A DNA stretch of 64,000 bases from Piedraia hortae CBS 480.64. Its lineage: Eukaryota. The stretch spans positions 82,217-146,216 of the forward strand of contig MU005963.1 in the NCBI GenBank assembly GCA_010093745.1. The letters run 5' to 3'. Below, one piece after another: positions 11,059 through 19,563 of this stretch. Below the pieces are notes generated by a model that was not told where the DNA came from, made no database searches, and worked only from the letters and a program-made list of their open reading frames with translations. The stretch's first letter is position 1, and every line of letters starts with the position of its first letter. Both the position numbers and the translations under genes were made by a program.

Positions 11059-14044
11059 ACCACAAGGATAGCCGTTGTAGGCGACTGCGAGATCCAGGAC
11101 GAAGGCCGCGATATGATAATCGATCACAACTTATTTCTAATCTCCAAGTATCTTGCCAGAAGTCTCTTCACGTCATCCAGCAAGATCGGTCGAGTCTCGC
11201 TGCGACTCGCCCTGTATTTGGTGCTTCTCGCTGCAAGATGCAGGTAGTCTATTAGCAAGTCGCGAAAAGAGTGGGACCGTATTGCTGTAAGATTTGGGTC
11301 GTCTAGTAGTGTAATCTCCAACTTCACCCGTAGATTGATGAAGCTGACAACGCTTCATCCAGTCTACCAAGCCAGCACACCGTCTCGATCCAGTGCATAA
11401 AGTGCTTTTGAAGAACTCATCGGCGCGTTGGAAGCCGTTCCAGTCAGGGTCGCTTTCAATCAGGCAATTAATCCAGTAGCTGGCGGCGTACTTTTCGGTC
11501 TCTGAAATATGATATTCAACCTGTCTCTTGCCGACATTTAGCCCAGAACATGCCGGGACGCACATGTCTCCTTCTACCACATTGGTTGAATCACCCATGC
11601 CTCGTTTTCGAAAGCTGGCATCCAGCAACTCAAGACTTTTCTCAAACAGTACACCATGCGTTATTCTAACATCAACGCCGAACTTTGCCTGATCTTCGCC
11701 GATGAGATTAATAAGGAACTCTCGAAAGGATAAATGATAAGCGGCAATGGGCTCTGAATTATCGGCTGGTACGTGAATTACCGAGTGTAGCGGACTCAAG
11801 ACCTGCTTTATCTTCTTTATTGAACATCCCAGCAGTTCGGCCAAAGCGGCCATTGAGAGAGCATTGCACAGTACAATGAGAGGCCGAACAATCTCTTTGA
11901 AAAGCTCAACCCACTTAGGTCCCCTACCACCTCTGCCCCAATGCTCGGCTCGTTGGAGGATCGGAAGATATATTGATTCGAGACCGTGTGAGGATACATC
12001 GTACTTCGTGTCTAAGAGTTCTTCAAGTTGCTCATCCGGCTCACCGTGCTCGAGAAGTCTACAAGCAGTGGCTGCCGCGATGAAAAGAGGCTGTGAGTTT
12101 GACAACAGCGTCTCTATGGCGGGCTGCCCAGGCCAATCTTCACCAAGGCCACGCCGAACACGAATCTTTTTGAAAGTTTCCTGGAAAACGACGCGGATGT
12201 CACCTTCAATTGTAAGCTCTTGTTCCTTGTCTAGCACTTTATGCACATAAGCAGTATTGGGAAAGTGAAATTTCTTAGCGTAATCTGGCCGACTTGTTAT
12301 AAGTACTCGCAGATCAATTGAGGGGATTTCAACCAGTTTCGCCAAGTGGAGCAGAGTTGTTTCGATGCCATTGGTGTCAATGCACTCATCTAGAGAGTCG
12401 ATTACAAAAAGTATTCGTGTTCTAGAATCATCATCGGAAGCGAATTTGAGTGGCGTTTGCAGAAGCTTGTGGAACTGGATGTCCACATACCTCTCACAAA
12501 CTTGAGAGTCTTTTGCAAGAACGGATGCGATTGACTCGGCCACGCTGCGTAGCTCCCCTGTCAATTGCTTCGCAAAAGTAGGAACCAACTTTAACAGCTC
12601 GCCCCGATTACCAACTCCGCGGTTGAAGAAGAAACTCGCAACTAAGAATCCCCCACCAGATTCCATAATCTTGGCCAGGGTACGGACCAGGGTAGTCTTT
12701 CCGGTTCCGGCCATTCCAGTCAACCATAGAAGTCTTTTGTCCTGGGGGGGGGACCTCGGCCCAGCGAACGAAGTTTTGCAAGAGTTCCACTCGTGTTCCT
12801 GAAGTGCAGTAGGAGTTCTGAGCGTCGTACACTGCCCCCTTTGCTTCCTTCAGATCCTTTAAGCCTAGTTGCAGGTTCGTAAAATCCACTTTGCCTCTAA
12901 CTGTCCCGACGGCGCTTATGAGATCTGACTTCAACTGTTCTAGCTGGCTGTCCAGGCCTTTCATCCATCCGTCGTAATTCTCGCGATCGCACCTGGCTAC
13001 CCCATCTCGTACTTTGTGCTGAAGCTCAACGCAGCGGTGTTGCATGCCCCTGAGGTTATATCTGTTCTTGACAATATAGAATATAATCTTCCACGTATCC
13101 TCAATTTGTGATAACAATGCATTAGCCAAGATGCGATACACTTGATTGAAAAGCTCAACCAGATCATTGCCCAATCTCTCGGCTGACTTCGAAGGTGGGA
13201 GCTTGCAGAACCAGTCGTGATAGATGATCTACAAGGAACAAGTATACGTGACGGTATCAAGTGCGTCAATGAGCGCTTCTCGCCTGGCTTCTTGCTCAAC
13301 TGCTATATGTAGACAGCCTGTTAGCTTTCTCAACCTCGTAATGCATACAATTCTATAGGTTGTAGGTATTTAGCTCTCGTGGGTGAGAGTGCACAGCGAC
13401 CCAAAGAGGGCGGAGCGATAGACGGAAACAGGGACAGGAAAGATGTAGATGTATGTAAGTCAAAATACCAGTTGCAGCATGGTAGTGTGAATGACTATTT
13501 TCAATAAGGGGACGTTCAGAATGAAAATTCTGTTCCGGTGGGCCGGTGACGTCACGTCGTACACTAGCGGGGCGTATTCACCATGTCACATATGACATGA
13601 CCCTGAGGGAAAACCTCTGTGAGGCAAAAACCTAGGGTGCAGCTGGTAGTGTAGGAGGTATCGCTGACTTGCTATGCAAGTGCCCTGCATACGCGCTAGC
13701 AGCGATGCTTGAATCCAACATAGGTTACCACCAGGAGCACATCAACACACGCCTAAATGCCTGCAATAGGCACGGACTTCATGCTTACCAACGACGCACC
13801 GGAGCCTCTGAAGCTGCTTAACCTTTTGCTCAAGAGCGCTCAAATACTTGATGGTGTTACCACCTCCATTCAGCCTTCCTTGGATCTCTTCCTGCTCTCG
13901 AGGTTCGAGTTTGCTCAGGATCATTTCCTGCAGCTGGTCTGGATCTCGGGGATCCTTGGGCACCGGCGGCTGTGGTAGTGCTCCAGCCGACGGCTGCCCA
14001 ACACCATAGCTGACATGGTTCGGACGCGATTGTATTCTGGGCAT
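11059..14044 (-). pseudogene. NACHT-domain fungal NLR pseudogene: N-terminal helical domain plus NACHT, C-terminal repeat domain missing
   Basis: CTSGTRVELL..W, WLTGMAGTGKT P-loop, ASFFF, FVIDSLDEC Walker B, LITSRP, PLFIAAAT and HLSFREFL motifs. In-frame stops, a frameshift at the G9 run 12744-12752, a solo LTR in the first intron, and an abrupt end at the family A LTR. Confidence 0.85.
13361..13720 (+). mobile_element. Solo LTR, family A (360 bp)
   Basis: TGTAG...CCAACA termini, perfect 5-bp TSD TAGGT (13356-13360 / 13721-13725), and high similarity to the 16985 and 43595 copies. Strand is a convention only. Confidence 0.93.
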
Positions 14045-15166
14045 CTCGTGGTAATGATCAGGTGGACGAGGTGAGGCAGGTAGGTTATCTTATGTGGGGT
14101 GTGTGTGGCCGTGCTCAGACTTGTGCATAAGCTGTCGCTCTGCCATACGTCATTTGGTGCCAAACGTACATGCAGCCCAGAGGGCTCGAGAACTACGTAG
14201 ACTCGGAAAACTGCTGGAGATGCGTTTTGCTACATGTATTGATCAGATTCACGTCGAAGTCACGGAATTTTGACTCGGCAGCTGCGGTCTCCGTGCTCCA
14301 CATTAATTTCCATCAGTACCCTCGGTATCCTCCCGATCCTCGTTAATTTTTATCAATATCATCAGTATTATCCCTGGCTTTGTCGGTATATTCCCGATCT
14401 TCATCGGTATCAATGGTTTCAATGTATTTGTTTCGTAGTTTGAGTATCTTTCCACTATTATAAAAGCGTGAGATCTTGTCCTTTGCATCAAGGGTTTCAC
14501 AAAGTCATTTACAGGTCGCCTCAATGCAACTGCAATTCATTCGAAGTTCAATGACCTTAGGGATTCATTAAGTTGTGAACCTAAGAGCTATAAATCGCGC
14601 TGGATGAAACTCATAGCCAGGCTACGTCCTCATGTTGAGCTTCGCTTCTTATCAAGGTCTTTCCAGATGCTAATGCCATATTTTTACAACCGCCGAGAAT
14701 GATCCAATCCATTTCCTCATCAATTTCTGGAGAAGGGCTCGGGAACTTTCGTTCAAGACCTTCGAGGGAACACTTGGAGTATTTTACCTCGAAGTACTGC
14801 GATTTTGGCTAGACAGATCTCATATGTCCCCTCATGACAAAGATGGGAGTGCTGTCAATTGTGCAGGCCGACGATCTGGCTATCTGGGCTCCAATTCCGG
14901 AGCTCCCTCATCTGCCTTCTAACGCCACACTACATTCGACTAATAGCCTGGAACCGACAAACGTTCATCTGACAAAAGGGAAAGGCCCTTAACATGATAT
15001 GCTCCCACTACGGCGAATTGCAGACGGCCACTGGTCGCATCCAAAACTTGGAAGGCATACTGCATTGAATCCCATTTGTAAATGCAGCACCTGTCTCACT
15101 AATGCGATGAAGGCTGCAAGAAATCCCTGGATACCTTTCATTACTCTCCTCTCACTGTCTGCATAC

Positions 15167-16755
15167 TTAGCCCTCCCCATGATATCTTTCGCGTTGTTCC
15201 AAAGAATTTGCTAGATCCTCAATTGCGCTGCTATCCTGACTTCTTTTGGACACATCACGTTTTCTATCATCAAGCAAGTCTAGCACCATCTTCCGTACTT
15301 GCAGCGGGTCCCTCGGGTGCTTGAGAACAGCATGCGTGGATGGCGCTCTAGCTGCCGGCTGCCCTGCGACAGAGCCGGGCCTGAGCGACCGCAGTGGGTC
15401 GAACCACGACTTCACTTTGGATCGTAACCATTTGCGATGCATCTCGAGAAGTTGTTGGGGTGATGTCCGACGAGCATTGTGATAAGGGGTCTTCACGATA
15501 TTAGTAGATTTAGGAATGGGAGGTGACACGAAAGGCATTGTTGTTGTTGCTACCTTACAACCAAGTTTCTAGACGTGAGGTTACCGGCCTGCCTGACCCT
15601 ATTGTGGCTGGCTCCCGACTCTTGCATGCTCCCACTATCGGGGCACTCGAAGGTTACGGCCCAGTGGAGGGCGCGGAGGGCTTTGCGTACTGCTTCGGGA
15701 TTTTCGTCGCTCCAGTACACCGTCATCAGGGCCTGTATAGCGCAAGTTGTGCATTTGTAGGGCTGCTTTGGGCAGCGCTTGTGCATGTTCCAGAGATAGT
15801 GGTACAACTCAGGCAAGTGCATGAGGCAGACTAGGGATGCCAGGGCATAGCAGAATATACGTTTGAAGTTGTGGAGCCCTTGGGTGTCGAAACGGTGAAT
15901 GATTTTCTGGCCATTGTTTGCAATCTGCAAGGTCTTCGGCTATCTCATATGATGGTATTTTTTCGGGAATTTTCTCGTGAGTGGGTGGCGAGACATTCTC
16001 GACGAGTACTGCGGCAGAAGACTTATTCTGCCAGTTCGACTTTTAGCCGGCGAAGGCGTTTTATTAGGATACACATTACCAGGTGGGGTGTTTCTCATTT
16101 CCCAAATTATCTTGGGACTCCCGTGGGTTCCTTTCGGGAAGTTAATCCCAAAAATTTTTTCCATGGCGGCAACGGACTCGCGAAGCAATCTGTACTCCGC
16201 CCTGATCTGCTCTCGGGGCTTCACGGCAGAATCGTCTCGCTGGACGATAATGGTGTGTTCAACCTCTGCGTTGGGCACAAGTTGGAACCATCGAGTGGCA
16301 TCATCAGTTGCAGTTGAATTTAAAAGGTTTGAATTTGTAGGAACCTTAAGCATGACAATCTTCGTAGGTGTCACTTCAGCCTTGGCCGTCTGGGTATTCT
16401 TCTAAGCGGCTGCGGCTTTCTTTCCCGCTGAAGTCGCCTTCGAGGCTTTAGCTGTATTTTTCATTGCCGTAGCCTCCTTCTTCTCTGCAGGCGGAACATC
16501 CTTCTTCGCGGCTAGAGCCTTTCTCTTCTTCGTCGCGGATGCAGCTTGTATCTCAATCTCCTATTCAATTGGTTCGATCTCATTCTGAATAGCCCTTTCA
16601 ACCGTCTCCTTCTCCGCATTCAGCTTTGCAGTAGCAGATCTCATGTGTCTGATACATTCAGGTTGTGGGGTCGACAAGGCCCTCTTTCTCGCTTTAGGCG
16701 CTCTACCGCCATCCTCACCCTCAGGAGGACGTTTCGTGGAGCTCAGTTTCGCCAT
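15167..16755 (-). pseudogene. Decayed gene with a Lys/Ala-rich N-terminus and a ubiquitin-specific protease (C19) Cys-box-like segment
   Basis: One frame from ATG 16755 to about 15559 broken only by three TAG codons (16561, 16402, 15940). GLHNFKRIFCYALASLVCLMHLPELYHYL..HKRC..CTTCAIQAL resembles the USP Cys box. A probable intron (GTAAGG..CTAAT..AAG, about 15558-15491) joins it to the 15167 ORF frame. No clear His box. Confidence 0.5.
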
Positions 16756-16984
16756 ATCAATGGTAACAAGAGTAGCATAGAGCAAGTTGCTTTCTGCATA
16801 TCTCAGAGAACAGATCCTTTGTCTTGACCGAATTCGGGTCAAGATAGAAAGGCTATGTCAAGCTGCAGGCTTTCAGTTCTCTATGTCATGTGGAAGGAGG
16901 GAGAAGAATAAGGGAGCTTGCGGCTATGTATGTACATTTGCTTTTGGTGCATGTTGAAAAAAGTACGTGATAGGATGGTTTCTT

Positions 16985-17346
16985 TGTAGAGATTAGCTCC
17001 CGTGGGTGAAAGTGCGCAGCGACCCGAAGAGGACGGAGCGATAGACAGAATCAGTGACAGGACAGATGTAGATGTATATGAGTCAATACCAGTGTCAAAA
17101 TGACAGTGTGAAATGACTATCTATCTTTTTATGAGGGGACGTCAGAATGGAAATTCTGTACCGGTGGGCCGGTGACGTCACGTCTTACACGAGCAGGGCG
17201 CATTCACCATGTCACCTCTGACATGACCCTGAAGGAAAACCTCTGTGAGGGAACATCCTAGGGTGCAGCTGGTAGTGTAGGAGGTATCGCTGACTTGCTA
17301 TGCAAGTGCCCCGCATACACGCTAGCGGCGATGCTTGAATCCAACA
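16985..17346 (+). mobile_element. Solo LTR, family A (362 bp)
   Basis: TGTAG...CCAACA termini and perfect TSD TTCTT (16980-16984 / 17347-17351). Confidence 0.93.
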
Positions 17347-17401
17347 TTCTTCACTCAGGTCTTTTGTAAAGTTTTCCTAGGAGAGGCGGAGAAGGTGAAT
17401 G

Positions 17402-17703
17402 TGTCGGACTATTTGGGTTAGGCAATGGTGTTTGAGACACATATGTGTGTGGCTATGTGTATGTGTATATGTTGAGGTGATGTGGTGAGGTCAAGTGCGG
17501 AACTTCACCTCACGCTAACCCAGGTCTAACCGCATTCACCGAGACTACGTTACCGAGCACGCACAGAGCATGAACGGCACCGTGCCTCGTCGCAGGGAAA
17601 ACTTCCTCATATGGAGGTAAAACCCCTGAGAAGCATCGACCTCTTTCTAAGCTCGCAGATGCGACCTGACTGTATACTGCATGAGAGGGTTTACCGTCTC
17701 ACA
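17402..17703 (+). mobile_element. Solo LTR, family B (302 bp)
   Basis: TG...CA termini, perfect TSD GAATG (17397-17401 / 17704-17708); the core about 17555-17655 matches the reverse complement of about 42275-42370. Confidence 0.8.
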
Positions 17704-18273
17704 GAATGGTTACACGTCTCACGGTGAGAGTAAGGGATGTGCTGAGCAGGATAGCTAGCAATTGAGATGTATCTCACAGTTATTTAATGGATTATTGTGG
17801 GTAAGGTCTTTGTTCCAATGAGGCGTTAGTTCAAATTCATTTGTTGAACTTCAATTTTCTTGCTCCAAGTGAGATTTCTCTGAGCTAGGCAGGTCTGGGG
17901 CAATGAGGAATCATTCTTTACGGCGTATTGAGACATGATGCCATATCGTTACATGTGAACCAGGAGATCTGAGACTGTCGTCGCCGTTGGAAATCTGCCT
18001 GAGGATGTTAATCGCTTGTGTAATTGAACAAACTTGACACAAACTGGTCAATGCAATGTGTTGGAAGGAGGAACTTCGTCACGTGCATCCAAACATCTTG
18101 CAATGTCATGAAACGGACTTGCACAAAGTGATGAACGTCTAGGCTCGTCAACTAGCCGGTTTTTCCCGGCTGACGAGGTTCCCCAGAGACTATGTTCTCC
18201 ATAACGCCCGGTATTGACCTACAGCAAGACCACGAACGGGAAGTCAAACACCGAGGACCCCACGTAACGACAA

Positions 18274-19032
18274 ATGCCTTTACGACTTTCTCCAGCTTTC
18301 GAAAAGAAAGAAGCTGCTAAACTTTCCCACCCCAGCGGAGTTTTTGCCACATCTCATTTGACTTTCCGGTGGCAGACCTGGAGGCTGTACCTGCCAGTTT
18401 TGTTGGAAAATAAGCATTGTGACAATCCTCCCTATCCGGTTATGATACAGCAAACGTGGCAACGGGAGTGTGTTGGTTCATATCCCTCCTTGGACCCCCT
18501 TCTTCTGTTTGGAGCAACCTGGCGTGATCGTCAGTGGTTTTACAACGAATGCCGTCCAAACGGGTCTGTTCGGCGTGTGATATACGATACGGGGGATAAA
18601 GAGCGAATAATGTGTTGGCGGAGAGACCTGCTGGCCGAAGAGAGGCGCAGGCCGTACTTAATATGGTTTTTGTATTCTGAGTCACACGTCAATTCAAGTT
18701 TTCACCAGTGGGAACTACATGGATATCCTGAAACTGAACAGGGCAAGCAATTAAATCCTTTCGATTGGAATGAGCAGAGCGAGCAATCAGAAGTTTCCGA
18801 CGGGGATGGGCTTGAACAAACCGCTTTACCCAGTTCCCCCAGAAGGCCGACAGCATACGTACATCCTCGCTACTCCGTTTGGTCGGTACTATCTAGGAGA
18901 TGGGAGTGGGTTCTAGTCCTCTTGATCATCTTCGGTTTCTTGCTCTACGCCAAGGTCTCGAGAGCGAGACAAAGTAGCCTCTTATACATTCGGCAGACAC
19001 AAGCAAAACACCTAGAGAATCGCCAACTTTGA
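18274..19032 (+). CDS. Hypothetical 252-aa protein with one C-terminal hydrophobic helix
   Basis: Intact ATG-initiated ORF; WEWVLVLLIIFGFLLYA is a probable transmembrane segment; no recognised domain. Confidence 0.5.
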   Translation: MPLRLSPAFEKKEAAKLSHPSGVFATSHLTFRWQTWRLYLPVLLENKHCDNPPYPVMIQQTWQRECVGSYPSLDPLLLFGATWRDRQWFYNECRPNGSVRRVIYDTGDKERIMCWRRDLLAEERRRPYLIWFLYSESHVNSSFHQWELHGYPETEQGKQLNPFDWNEQSEQSEVSDGDGLEQTALPSSPRRPTAYVHPRYSVWSVLSRRWEWVLVLLIIFGFLLYAKVSRARQSSLLYIRQTQAKHLENRQL

Positions 19033-19563
19033 GACAAAACACAACACTGGAATATTTCGTAAATGTACAAATTAGTTTTTAATGATAGCTGAGGTGGTTA
19101 TTGTGTGTTCTTTTTGCATTTTTCTAATCTCAGACTCCTCGACCTGATCTGGAATCAACAACCTCGCGTCTCGAATCTCACTTGCCAAAAAACTAATATC
19201 AAAACGCATCCAACAACCTTTTCCGTTGGCTGCATGGGGCATTCGCCATACTATCTGAGATCTCCTAGCCAGATGCTTTCCATCCCCCTCGCAAACTTTT
19301 ACACGAGTCAAAAACTTGCGCCAACCGACCCTCATGCATTCCCGCCCAGATCCCACTACCTTTCTCGCCTAGAAACAACATCACCATTGTAACTCCCCTC
19401 AACAAAGTGAACCACCCCCAAATACATCCCAACCCAATGCTATTCCAACTCATTATACACATAACGTACATGTCTTCATCACGACAAAAAAATCACAAGA
19501 AAAAAAAAGATTCAACGCTCAATTACCCTGCCTACCCACCTAACACCGACACAAAAAAAAACC

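Noticed and set aside
15940..16563. Alternative genetic code (TAG reassigned)
   Set aside because: Conserved genes such as PRP18, TOM70 and the MFS transporter end normally at TAG, and none has an internal TAG.
13361..17346. One full LTR retrotransposon bounded by the two same-orientation family A LTRs
   Set aside because: Each LTR has its own distinct perfect TSD, and the interior has no gag-pol, so they are independent solo LTRs.
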